DNA from: Moritella sp. PE36
GTDB lineage: Bacteria > Pseudomonadota > Gammaproteobacteria > Enterobacterales > Moritellaceae
Assembly (NCBI RefSeq): GCF_000170855.1
Contig: NZ_ABCQ01000035.1
Location: 1-32,000 of the forward strand
DNA: 32,000 bases
Reading direction: 5' to 3'
Both the position numbers and the translations under genes were made by a program. Of the stretch, positions 1-8,583 are shown piece after piece; the first letter of the stretch is position 1; every line of letters starts with the position of its first letter. Under the pieces are notes generated by a model. That model saw only the letters and a program-made list of their open reading frames with translations. It was not told the DNA's origin and did no database searches.

Positions 1-249
1 AATATCTAAATGACTGAATATATTATAGTTTACATGTTTCAGTTTGTTATTGAAATGTTATCTGTATGAGCGGGTGAATATTGTTTTTTCTAATCTTTAT
101 CACATAAATACCTCTTTATTTCCATGTTTATGTCGTTTTGCTCATATTTATTGAATACGACATATTTACCCTATTTTATATATGTAATAGTCTGCTCAAA
201 TGAGACCGTGTGTTCAGATTTTAAATATATGGATAAATAAGGTATTGCA

Positions 250-774
250 ATGGAATCGCCCCGCAAAGAAGTCATGTTCGAATACGTGCCGACAGCACAA
301 GAAGTAGAAACCCTGTTACAGCACACTCCAGATGCTAAAATTAATATTGCTAATACTAAGCAAGCTTTTTATATTAGTCAGATCAAACACCTAACACATT
401 ATGGTCATTGTATTAATGGCATTAATATCGAGATTGATCTGTGTGACGAATCAGAGATTGAGCCGCTATGGTCATTTCTTGAGTTGGATTTTTTAAGAGT
501 TAGTTTTGCCAGTGATGAAGTGCTTGAAGACGATTTTAAAGGGTTTCTGACATGGCTAGAAAACGCCGACAAACTCGAAGCCTTATCGGTAGAAATGCAG
601 CCGTTACACCAAGAAGATGGATTACAACTACTGTCGATTTATTTTGCATCCTCAAAACAATTTCCGGTTTCTTTGTTTCTCAAAACCAATGCGAACACAG
701 TGACAATTCCATCACTGCCATCTTTGCAGGTATTTAACCATGTAAATGTTGAGATGAGCATCCGTCGCTTTTAA
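250..774 (+). CDS. hypothetical protein (no family recognised)
   Basis: 174-aa ORF from the track; acidic, no motif I can place. Alternative start at Met9 (274). AT-rich promoter-like DNA lies upstream. Confidence 0.4.
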   Translation: MESPRKEVMFEYVPTAQEVETLLQHTPDAKINIANTKQAFYISQIKHLTHYGHCINGINIEIDLCDESEIEPLWSFLELDFLRVSFASDEVLEDDFKGFLTWLENADKLEALSVEMQPLHQEDGLQLLSIYFASSKQFPVSLFLKTNANTVTIPSLPSLQVFNHVNVEMSIRRF

Positions 775-837
775 GTCACTATTATAACGATTAGTCTGAT
801 AGCACTGATCATCGGTGATCATAATAGGGCCGGTGCA

Positions 838-1332
838 TTAGTTTGTGGACTTATTGTTCGCTAACACCCGCTGCATCATAGAATCGAGTTGTTGCAGCTC
901 ATCTGCCGATAATACACTTAATCCATTTCTTTCTTGTTGGTGTAACTCAGGCATGACAGTCTCTATTAATTGCTTACCCTTGCTTGTGAGCAGTACCAGT
1001 TTACTGCGCTTATCTTCAGGGTTATCAATTCTTTCAATTAACGCCGCTTGGCTTAAACGATTCAATACCTTAGTCAGTCCGCCCGAACTAAATATCATCG
1101 ACTGGTATAGCACTGTTGGGGATAGACAGTAGGGAGCAGGGCTGCGTCTTAACGTACTTAATACGCTGAACTCTGCACGTTGTAGATCATAGCTAGCGAC
1201 CAGTGCTTCCATCTGATTGTGAAATAGATTGCTGACCTGCAGCAAGCGTAATAAAGCAGGTGATACGCCGTCAGCACAGTCAGGCCAGTTATCATCCATT
1301 GCTTGTAGTATTTCGTTAATGTTATTGGTCAT
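838..1332 (-). CDS. MarR family transcriptional regulator
   Basis: 164 aa. Winged-helix MarR pattern (...FSVLSTLRR...LSPTVLYQSMIFSSGGLTKVLNRLSQAALIERIDNPEDKRSKLVLLTSKG...). Divergent from an MFS efflux gene, the classic MarR arrangement. Confidence 0.85.
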   Translation of the reverse strand: MTNNINEILQAMDDNWPDCADGVSPALLRLLQVSNLFHNQMEALVASYDLQRAEFSVLSTLRRSPAPYCLSPTVLYQSMIFSSGGLTKVLNRLSQAALIERIDNPEDKRSKLVLLTSKGKQLIETVMPELHQQERNGLSVLSADELQQLDSMMQRVLANNKSTN

Positions 1333-1378
1333 GATCTATTCCCTATCTATGTATGCTGGTTTAACAATGCCAATAATA

Positions 1379-1427
1379 TATCTTGCCAGAAAGCTAAAGT
1401 CCAGTTATTATCTTTCCAGAAAGATAA
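1379..1427. promoter_or_regulatory. two related operator-like sites in the MarR/MFS divergent intergenic region
   Basis: 1408-1427 TTATCTTTC-CA-GAAAGATAA is a perfect 9-bp-arm palindrome. 1379-1396 TATCTTGCCAGAAAGCTA is a degenerate copy sharing the core TCTTnCCAGAAAG. Both lie between the MarR start (1332) and the MFS start (1441), just upstream of the MFS SD GGAGG (1430-1434). Confidence 0.5.
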
Positions 1428-1440
1428 TTGGAGGCGTAAA

Positions 1441-2703
1441 ATGACAGCGAATAATACATCCTCAATCATAATGAATGAGGTAAACATAGATAATACAGAT
1501 ACAGCCGGAAAAATGAGTAAGACGTTAATACTGACGCTGGCTGCAGTATTTGCTTTAACCCCATTTACGATTGATAGTTACCTACCTGCGATGCCAACGA
1601 TGGCAAAAGCAATGGGTGTTGATATCTCTTTGATGTCAGTGACAGTAAGTTTATATATTTTTGGTCTTGCGATAGGACAACTCATCGGCGGGCCTTTGTC
1701 CGATAAAAAAGGCCGTGGTTATGCCATGATTGCTGGTTTAATTGTATTTGCAATTGCCAGTATATTGTTGACGACAGCAACAGAAATTGAAGTGTTATGG
1801 TTATGGCGCGTGGTGCAAGCTATTGGTGGCGGTATGGCGGTTGTTGGAGTACCAGCAACTATTCGTGATACCACAAGTGGTAAAGAAGCGGCTAAGCTGT
1901 TCTCACTAATTGCGCTTATTATGATGATAGCCCCCTCAATCGCGCCGACTGTGGGGACGATTATCATGTCGGTAGCTGATTGGCGTTGGATCTTTTATAC
2001 ATTGGCAATCATGGCTGTGTTGGTGGCGATTCTGGTGATGCGCTATATGCCGAAACCAGTTAAGAAGACGATAGCTGAAGATAAGTCGGATGAGATTAAA
2101 CCAAAGCTTGGTTTATTGTCGGTGTTCAGTGAGAAACGAGCGTTAGGTTTCATGGTTGCCCAAGCATTTGCTTACTCGGTAATGATGATCTTTTTAACCA
2201 ATGCGTCGATGATGTATATGGAAGTCTTTGATCAAACGGCGCAACAGTTTTCAATGTTATTTTTTGCAAATATTTGCGGTTTGGTTGTAGTCAATCGTGC
2301 TAACACATTTTTATTGGCGAAATTTGAGCCCGAGACATTGCTAAAAGCCTTCTTAAGCTTGCAAGTACTCGGTGGCATAATATTAGTGACTGCATCTGTG
2401 ATGGTTCCTGACGCTTTGTATGTGACTGTCGCAGGGTTTGTTATTGCGATCTCAGCCAATGGCGCGGTTATCTCAAATGCCAGTGCTTGTTTTATGAAAC
2501 GATTTGGCCGAAATGCCGGTTCTGCTTCTGCGGTATTAGGGGCAACTCAATACACCGTCGGTGGAACGGTGAGTGCGTTATCCGCATTTATCAGTATGGG
2601 ATCAGTGCAACCTGTGGTTATCATCATGCTAGTTTCATCTGTCACCGCACTGCTGGGAGCAACGATTGCTGCTCGCTATTCACGTCAATATACAGCAGGT
2701 TAA
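1441..2703 (+). CDS. MFS transporter, DHA1 Bcr/CflA-type drug efflux family
   Basis: 420 aa with about 12 hydrophobic segments. MFS motif A-like GQLIGGPLSDKKGR. GGAGG SD 6 nt upstream of the ATG. Paired with MarR. Confidence 0.85.
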   Translation: MTANNTSSIIMNEVNIDNTDTAGKMSKTLILTLAAVFALTPFTIDSYLPAMPTMAKAMGVDISLMSVTVSLYIFGLAIGQLIGGPLSDKKGRGYAMIAGLIVFAIASILLTTATEIEVLWLWRVVQAIGGGMAVVGVPATIRDTTSGKEAAKLFSLIALIMMIAPSIAPTVGTIIMSVADWRWIFYTLAIMAVLVAILVMRYMPKPVKKTIAEDKSDEIKPKLGLLSVFSEKRALGFMVAQAFAYSVMMIFLTNASMMYMEVFDQTAQQFSMLFFANICGLVVVNRANTFLLAKFEPETLLKAFLSLQVLGGIILVTASVMVPDALYVTVAGFVIAISANGAVISNASACFMKRFGRNAGSASAVLGATQYTVGGTVSALSAFISMGSVQPVVIIMLVSSVTALLGATIAARYSRQYTAG

Positions 2704-2720
2704 AATATCAATGTGGTTCA

Positions 2721-2746
2721 TAGGCTGATGAAGGATCATCAGCCTA
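2721..2746. terminator. hairpin between convergent MFS and CBS genes
   Basis: TAGGCTGATGA-AGGA-TCATCAGCCTA: 11-bp perfect stem with a 4-nt loop, between stop codons at 2703 (+) and 2770 (-). No strong U-tract on either side, so terminator function is inferred from position only. Confidence 0.45.
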
Positions 2747-2769
2747 CTATTAAATACGAATAGCAGCTG

Positions 2770-3189
2770 TTATTTATTCAGTAAGTGCGCGCATAATTTA
2801 ACAAAATCAGATGAAGTAACGATACCAATCACCTTATTTTCATTATCAATAACGGGTAGGCAACCCAGTTTATTATCAATGAAATATTCAACAACAATTT
2901 TCAGTGGCTCATCTTCTGTTAGTTTTTGAAAATCTGTCGCCATCAAATCTTCGATTAACTGACCGCGTTCTTTTCTCGCTAGTGCATCAGTACCGTATTT
3001 GTTGATCATTGTCATGACCGCACTGATCATTTTTTTATGTGTCAGAACCCCAATCAAGGTACCATCATTTTCGGAGATAACAGGTAAGTGACGTACCCCA
3101 CGCGTTTGCATTAATTCATGTGCGTCTTTTAAAGTGGCTTTATGGCTAATACAAATAACATTGTTTGCCATTATATCTCTTACTTTCAT
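2770..3189 (-). CDS. CBS domain pair protein
   Basis: 139 aa with two CBS repeats (...VRHLPVISENDGTLIGVLTHKKM... and ...LGCLPVIDNENKVIGIVTSSDF...). GGAG SD about 8 nt upstream. Confidence 0.85.
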   Translation of the reverse strand: MKVRDIMANNVICISHKATLKDAHELMQTRGVRHLPVISENDGTLIGVLTHKKMISAVMTMINKYGTDALARKERGQLIEDLMATDFQKLTEDEPLKIVVEYFIDNKLGCLPVIDNENKVIGIVTSSDFVKLCAHLLNK

Positions 3190-3395
3190 ACACTAACTCC
3201 GTGTTATATAATATTTACTTTCCAGTATACCCCATTATATATAGAATGCGATGTTGAGGCTCAACAAAATAATACAGTTGGATATTTAATTGTTTATTTA
3301 TTTTTGTATCGTGATGTAACCAGCTGTCATTTTAGTGTGATTGTTTATAATTGTGTGATAATTTAGCTACTTATATATTATGGATGGAGTTTGTT

Positions 3396-3830
3396 ATGAA
3401 GGGATCGGTCCTTGAATTCAATATTGGAAGTAAAGAAGGGATTATTTCTGATGAGGATGGATGTCATTATACATTTAATATGAATCAGTGGATGCATAAG
3501 GGCACTCCTCGGGTTGGTAGTAAAGTTAATTTCACTATAAAGTCAGGAATACTTGCCTCCGCCACCATGGTGACTGTGGGTAAATCCAAGAAAACCGGGG
3601 CGGTATTGTTGTCGTTTTTCTTTGGTGCACTCGGTGCTCATAAATTCTATTTAGGCTATAACAAACAGGGCCTATGCATGTTGGTATTGTTTGTATTCGG
3701 TTATTTTTTACTCGGTTTGCCTTCGACGGTTATTGCCATCATTGCCTTGGTGGAATTTGTGATTTATTTGTGTAAATCAGAAGTCGAATTTGAACAAGAT
3801 TATGTGTTAGAAAACCGTCCTTGGTTTTAG
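3396..3830 (+). CDS. TM2 domain-containing membrane protein
   Basis: The C-terminal half matches the TM2 domain pattern (GAVLLSFFFGALGAHKFYLGYNKQG...LLGLPSTVIAIIALVEFVIYL). I prefer the ATG at 3396 (MKGSVLEF...), preceded by GGAG, over the track start at 3351. Confidence 0.7.
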   Translation: MKGSVLEFNIGSKEGIISDEDGCHYTFNMNQWMHKGTPRVGSKVNFTIKSGILASATMVTVGKSKKTGAVLLSFFFGALGAHKFYLGYNKQGLCMLVLFVFGYFLLGLPSTVIAIIALVEFVIYLCKSEVEFEQDYVLENRPWF

Positions 3831-3840
3831 TGTTACTTGT

Positions 3841-4707
3841 TTAAGCCATTACTTTCTCAATTGTTTTACCCGAAAAAGTCCCTAACACAACATTCTTACG
3901 TTTATCTGAGCGCTGCTTGCGCATGTGAGATGCAATAAAGTCAGCGACTTCATGCGTTTCGAGTGGTTCTTTTTGTACTACGATTATCGGTAATGGGGCT
4001 GTGACTGTTTTTAACCCTGTGACCTTCACAATATTTGCCGCTGGTTGAACCTTAACTGGCCTGCGCACACGTAACTGATGCTCTGCTGTCGTCGCTATTT
4101 GTTGATGAAGCTGTGTTAGTGCCAGCTGATTATCAGGCGTGGCTCTCTCTTTTTCTGCGGTAATTTCCCCTAATAATTTTATCTTGTCAGGTTGGTGTAA
4201 TGAATCTTTACGCTGCCAACTGAAACGTACCGATTTAACATATTCATTTTCCAAGCAATGAATCTTGCGATACAAGTGCACTGTCATTACACCGGGACAA
4301 TTATCATGGATCGCACTGAAACGTGCTTGACGAGATTCATTTTCGCTGACTACCGCATGTTCGATTGCGCCTTTGATAGTATTAATGTCTTCAATTGAAG
4401 TGACGATCTTCGCGCTATTCTGGTTCTCTGGGTGTAAATGAATAATACCTACGTAGCGCCGGGCCGATTTTTGCGAGAAGGGGTGTTTAATATGAATGTC
4501 TTTAAAGGCTTCAGCAGCTAACTTCATCGCTAGCATGTCGGTGACTAACTCGGGCATGATTTGGTTTATGACTGCCTGTTCCTGACCTTTTAGCACAGCG
4601 GGGATCCGGCTGACCAATGCTTGCACTGGTTGTGTGGTCGCTAATAATTTTTCTAATTGTTGCAATTTAGTCGTGAGTTGCTCAAATAAGTTTTTAATAT
4701 CAGTCAT
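3841..4707 (-). CDS. tus: DNA replication terminus site-binding protein Tus homologue
   Basis: Colinear matches to E. coli Tus recalled from memory: [12 protein letters not shown] vs [37 protein letters not shown] vs [33 protein letters not shown] vs [23 protein letters not shown] vs IQHINKLKTTFEHIV. Start placed at the internal ATG 4707 ([10 protein letters not shown]...); the 38 upstream codons of the track ORF look like non-coding read-through. Confidence 0.8.
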   Translation of the reverse strand: [288 protein letters not shown]

Positions 4708-4715
4708 TTTTAATC

Positions 4716-4749
4716 CTAGTATCAATGAAAACTTGGTATTGATAACTAG
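4716..4749. promoter_or_regulatory. inverted repeat immediately upstream of the tus start
   Basis: CTAGTATCAAT (4716-4726) and ATTGATAACTAG (4738-4749) are reverse complements apart from one bulged T, with an 11-nt spacer. They sit 9-42 nt upstream of the tus ATG. Function is inferred. Confidence 0.35.
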
Positions 4750-4944
4750 CATAGTAACGAGTAGACCATCATGCAATAGGGGGCGGGGTTGGGTGATCGT
4801 TATGTGATCATCGCTGATCATTCGTTGATCGATATTGTGGTTTAAATGGCATTGTCATATCGCAACAGCTCATACAAACACTATTGCGAGCGCAATTTTG
4901 CTGCGTAGCTCCACTTACCGATTAATTATCGCCCCCAATACTTC

Positions 4945-5535
4945 TTATGCGCCAATAGGTGGTGCTGTTTGGGCAAAAATATCAAAGCTGCGAGCCGCTT
5001 TTAACAGCGCCTGAAGGTTATCTAAACCGTCGATATTGATGCGGTTGCGGAATAAACCCCAGTCTAAGAAACAGGCTAAGCGTAATTCACCATCGGTGAA
5101 CGGCGCTTGGCTGCTATAAGAACTTTCATTCATGTGAAGTAAGGCACTTTCAACACGATCTCTATGGCGGGTCAAATAGCTGCTTTGCTCAGGCGTAATC
5201 TTATCAAACTTTTCAAGAAAGAATAGGTTTACCGCAGCATCCAATACCGTATTTACATTACAAAATAAATTAAAGTCTTGAGCATCTTTTAAAAATGATT
5301 TCCCTGACTGCTCACGCAAATACATTAAAATACTAGCAGAGTCTGTTAAACCAATATCTTTACCTGCTTTCTGATCCTGAAGAAATGGAACTTTTTTCGT
5401 AGGAGACAGTTTCGCACTACTATCAGCATCGGTTTCAATGAATTCACACGCTAAATTGCCATTTAGTTGGCCTTCCAATAACGCAATGCGGCAATGACGA
5501 ACAAATGGAGAAGTGTAGCTTCCGTATAATTTCAT
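4945..5535 (-). CDS. glutathione S-transferase family protein
   Basis: The N-terminus MKLYGSYTSPFVRHCRIALLE... is a typical GST thioredoxin-like fold start. Length of about 196 aa fits. Start at ATG 5535 with AAGGA upstream; the track start 5553 adds 6 aa. Confidence 0.75.
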   Translation of the reverse strand: MKLYGSYTSPFVRHCRIALLEGQLNGNLACEFIETDADSSAKLSPTKKVPFLQDQKAGKDIGLTDSASILMYLREQSGKSFLKDAQDFNLFCNVNTVLDAAVNLFFLEKFDKITPEQSSYLTRHRDRVESALLHMNESSYSSQAPFTDGELRLACFLDWGLFRNRINIDGLDNLQALLKAARSFDIFAQTAPPIGA

Positions 5536-5998
5536 AATAATTCCTTGAGTCACTTTTGGTCAAAACCGTTATTGGCAATTTGGCCTATGCATAAATCCTT
5601 TATCGTATTGGGAATGAGTGTGACATTAAAGGCCTTTAAAGCACAAGGGTAATTTCTTCGAATCTATGTGTATGCTTTAACAATATAAAGTACGTAGACT
5701 TGCAGTTTAGTGCAATAACGTTAAGCTTAATTTTCCTCTTTCCTTATATGGACTTTCTTTGTAAACGAGGCCTTCATTAAGTAATTTATTTATATATTTC
5801 GTCATTATTTGTACGGTTCTGCATAAATAACATGATTTTATATATCTAAATAAGATGGAATATAAGCTCAATGCTAGATATGGTGTAATTTATTGTTATT
5901 AAACAGAAAATTAATCATTTAACGTTAGTGATTTTTTAGGTATTATACGAAATTCCGTAAATACCTTGTTACATTCAATCTTAAAACTAGGAAGTCAA

Positions 5999-6415
5999 AT
6001 GAAGTCGATAATATTAAGTCTATTACTAATGAGTTTTTCATCTATTTCATTAGCATATGATGGTGCTCCCACCAAACAAGTTGAGATGTTTTTTAAAGAT
6101 CAATCAAATAGGAAGGTAAGTGAATCTATAGATAATCTTTATTCAAATAATCCTGCTATGCAGCAAAAAGTTCAAGCATTAACTTTTTTAAAGCAGCAGC
6201 TTGCATCGGTATCAGTCTTATATGGAAATCTTATTGGCAATGAAAATATATCCAAGGAAGAGCTATCTCCATCATTAGTCAGAATCGTACAAGTTGCCAA
6301 ATATGATATTCATCCAGTTGTTTGGGAATTTTATTTCTACAAACCTAAAGACAAGTGGATCGTAAGTCAGGCAATGTTTGTTGACCAATTCCAAGTAGTG
6401 GGTTCTAAAAAGTAA
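5999..6415 (+). CDS. secreted hypothetical protein
   Basis: MKSIILSLLLMSFSSISLA/YDG looks like a Sec signal peptide. ATG at 5999 is preceded by GGAAG. No family recognised. Confidence 0.5.
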   Translation: MKSIILSLLLMSFSSISLAYDGAPTKQVEMFFKDQSNRKVSESIDNLYSNNPAMQQKVQALTFLKQQLASVSVLYGNLIGNENISKEELSPSLVRIVQVAKYDIHPVVWEFYFYKPKDKWIVSQAMFVDQFQVVGSKK

Positions 6416-6507
6416 ATGTAATAAATAGCAGTAACGGACTTGTCAAACCGCCACTTAAACTACTGCGTAATAACAAGCCGCTGCGCTAGCCGCGAATCTA
6501 AAATTCA

Positions 6508-6529
6508 CCATACTTTCTGTAATGCAAAC
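6508..6529 (+). repeat. 22-bp repeat core CCATACTTTCTGTAATGCAAAC (copy 1)
   Basis: Matches 16560-16581 at 21/22 positions in the same orientation. Weaker similarity continues about 40 nt downstream to a CTAAGCC motif (6551-6558). Confidence 0.7.
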
Positions 6530-6663
6530 TTTGCCATTTAAAGCTCAATATCTAAGCCACTGTTGTCCAGATCTAAGTCCTGTACCTCTATCATCCTACA
6601 ATCATCATGACCATTATCAGCAATAGGAGGTAATGATGGTTATAAAGAACTCACATCACGGAC

Positions 6664-6908
6664 ATGGAGCTAAGAAGCCATTTAGACTCGAAGATTATCA
6701 AGTCAGGGGCGCTAAGCTTAGGGCTGGATAATAACTTATATGGTACGCATTCGATGAGACGAACAAAAGCTACGCTGATATATGCTCGGACTAAAAATAT
6801 ACGTGCAGTGCAACTGCTTTTAGGGCATACAAAAGTAGATAACACAATTCGATACTTGGCATTGAGATTGAAGATGCCCTGAAGTTATCTGAGGAAACGG
6901 ATAGTTAA
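6664..6908 (+). pseudogene. 3' fragment of a tyrosine recombinase/integrase, frameshifted
   Basis: ...GTHSMRRTKATLIYARTKNIRAVQLLLGHTKVDNTIRYL carries the catalytic HxxR...GH...Y C-terminal box. Only about 70 C-terminal residues remain. The usual ending (RYLGIEIEDALKLSEETDS*) is recovered only by adding 1 nt near 6859. Confidence 0.7.
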
Positions 6909-6992
6909 TTTTAGTTCTGGTCTTCAACCACTATAGTTGAAGACCAAACATACCCCAAAGTGGCTTAGAGTCGTAACTCAGACTCGATATTC

Positions 6993-8186
6993 TCACCTTC
7001 TATTTCTTTTTTTAACCTTTTTTTTGACTTTTTTAGGCACTTTTGAAAACTCTTTATGGAAAGGCTGTTCTGTAGCAACAGGAATGGCTTTCCCTATGCT
7101 TTTTTCAATACTATTTAATAACGTTATATCATTTTCTACAGCAAATGAAATGGCTATTCCACTTTTCCCGGCACGAGCAGTTCGTCCTATACGGTGTATG
7201 TAGTTTCTTGGATCTTCAGGAAGGTTATAGTTAATGACTAAAGTAATATTATCAACATCAATGCCACGAGCAGCAACATCAGTTGCAACTAATACGCTTA
7301 AATTAGAATCTTTAAAGTTTTGTAACGCTTCTTCCCTAACTGCTTGTGTTTTACCACTGTGAAGGCTAGCGGCAGTGATTGATGCTTCTTCTAGAGCTTC
7401 AACAATGATGTCAGCGCCAGGCTTTGTTTTACAAAAAATGAGCACTTTTTTATAGTGAGATTTTTCAAGGATATTAAGTAGCAAAGGCACTTTATTCGAT
7501 TTTTCAAGATGGTATACACTTTGATTAATCCGCTCGATAGTAACCGTTTCCGCCGTAATTTGAATTTTTGTCGGGTCCGTTAATATTGCGTCTGCAAGTA
7601 TCTCGATTTCAGCAGGCATAGTGGCTGAAAACAAGAGTGTTTGTCGGTTCTTTGGCAGCTTAGATATGATGCGTTGAACATCCTTAAAGAACCCCATATC
7701 AAGCATTGTATCTGCTTCATCTAACACAAATACTTCTAACGCCTTAAAGTTTATATCGTCGGTTTTAATTAAATCCAATAACCTGCCGGGTGTGGCCACT
7801 AAAATATCAAGTCCAAGTGCGATAGAGTCAACTTGATTTTGTCTTCCTACTCCACCATAAACCACCTTAGTTTTAAGCCCTAAACCATCAGCGTAGTCAT
7901 CAATGTTTTGCATTATTTGCGAGGCAAGCTCTCTCGTGGGCGTTAGTATGAGCGAACGCGTGCTCTTAGCGTTGATATCTATTTTATTTCGCCCAAAATT
8001 ATTGATAATAGGCAATGAAAAGGCCGCAGTTTTTCCTGTTCCCGTTTGCGCTATACCAAGAAGATCATTCCCATTAATAAGAGCTGGGATACATTCTTTT
8101 TGGATTGGTGTGGGCTGTTTATAGCCTTTAAGACTAACGCGGTCAATAATTGACTCTAAAAGTGAAAATTCTTTAAACTCGGACAT
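6993..8186 (-). CDS. ATP-dependent DEAD-box RNA helicase (RhlE-like)
   Basis: Q motif (GYKQPTPIQ), motif I AQTGTGKT, PTRELA, DEAD (VLDEAD), SAT, HRIGRTARAG, and a Lys-rich tail. Start at ATG 8186 (MSEFKEF...) with GAGG upstream. Confidence 0.9.
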   Translation of the reverse strand: MSEFKEFSLLESIIDRVSLKGYKQPTPIQKECIPALINGNDLLGIAQTGTGKTAAFSLPIINNFGRNKIDINAKSTRSLILTPTRELASQIMQNIDDYADGLGLKTKVVYGGVGRQNQVDSIALGLDILVATPGRLLDLIKTDDINFKALEVFVLDEADTMLDMGFFKDVQRIISKLPKNRQTLLFSATMPAEIEILADAILTDPTKIQITAETVTIERINQSVYHLEKSNKVPLLLNILEKSHYKKVLIFCKTKPGADIIVEALEEASITAASLHSGKTQAVREEALQNFKDSNLSVLVATDVAARGIDVDNITLVINYNLPEDPRNYIHRIGRTARAGKSGIAISFAVENDITLLNSIEKSIGKAIPVATEQPFHKEFSKVPKKVKKKVKKRNRR

Positions 8187-8502
8187 GCTGCCTCGGTATT
8201 CTTTAATCAATAGCCTATTATTCTAACAGAATGCTTTAACATATTTAAGACGTATTCAAGGTGACTTTTTCTGACAAATCCTCACAAAAACAGTTCAGTA
8301 ATTAAGTGTTCTGAGCCTTATAGAACAAAGCATGTAGATTGGATTTACGTTCGGCCTTAGGTCAGCCCAGACTGTAATGGTTATGTATTTTATGATTGAG
8401 AATGTTGCTCCTTTTCTCAATGGAGTTAGTGTAACTAAACCAATTGTAATGTTACTTTTGCAGTTGGTATTTACAATTTGTTTTCCAAAATATTATCGAG
8501 TA

Positions 8503-8511
8503 GGGGGGGGG
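8503..8511 (+). repeat. G9 homopolymer in intergenic DNA
   Basis: tagGGGGGGGGGaaatg; same length as the tract that breaks the adhesin frame at 14995-15003. Confidence 0.9.
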
Positions 8512-8525
8512 AAATGAAGTCAGCG

Positions 8526-8583
8526 CTCTAACACGGTTTTGTCCATCAATGGCTTAGGGTGATAGCTCTAAGCCGAAACTGAC
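8526..8583 (-). repeat. GGCTTAG/CTAAGCC hairpin module (inverted copy)
   Basis: CTCTAAC-N18-GGCTTAGGGTGATAGCTCTAAGCC-GAAACTG aligns with the reverse complement of 16618-16670 (CTCTAAC-N15-GGCTTAGCGCTATTGCTCTAAGCC-GAAGTTG). Both contain a 24-nt hairpin of the same geometry. Confidence 0.65.

Noticed and set aside
4771-4790. G-rich tract GGGGGCGGGGTTGGG upstream of tus as a G-quadruplex
   Set aside because: Only three G-runs are present; a canonical intramolecular G4 needs four.
6421-6507. A further attC site directly after the 5999..6415 gene
   Set aside because: Part of it (CCGCCACTTAAACTACTGCGTAATAAC) resembles the 3' arm of the 19.6-kb attC-like site, and GCAGTA/TACTGC can pair. However, I could not find a convincing inverse core or second arm. 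It is too weak to call without a covariance model.
6919-6945. Hairpin GGTCTTCAA-N9-TTGAAGACC downstream of the helicase and integrase fragment as a terminator
   Set aside because: It has a good 9-bp stem but no U-tract on either strand. I noted it as structure only and did not call it as a feature.
6937-7203. 88-aa + strand ORF, and other short ORFs antisense to or overlapping annotated genes (552..737, 845..1132, 1719..1967, 7903..8124, 20112..20309, 21961..22176, 23703..23957, 25855..26058, 28165..28668 and others)
   Set aside because: All are embedded in or antisense to strongly supported CDSs with clear family signatures. None has its own motif support.
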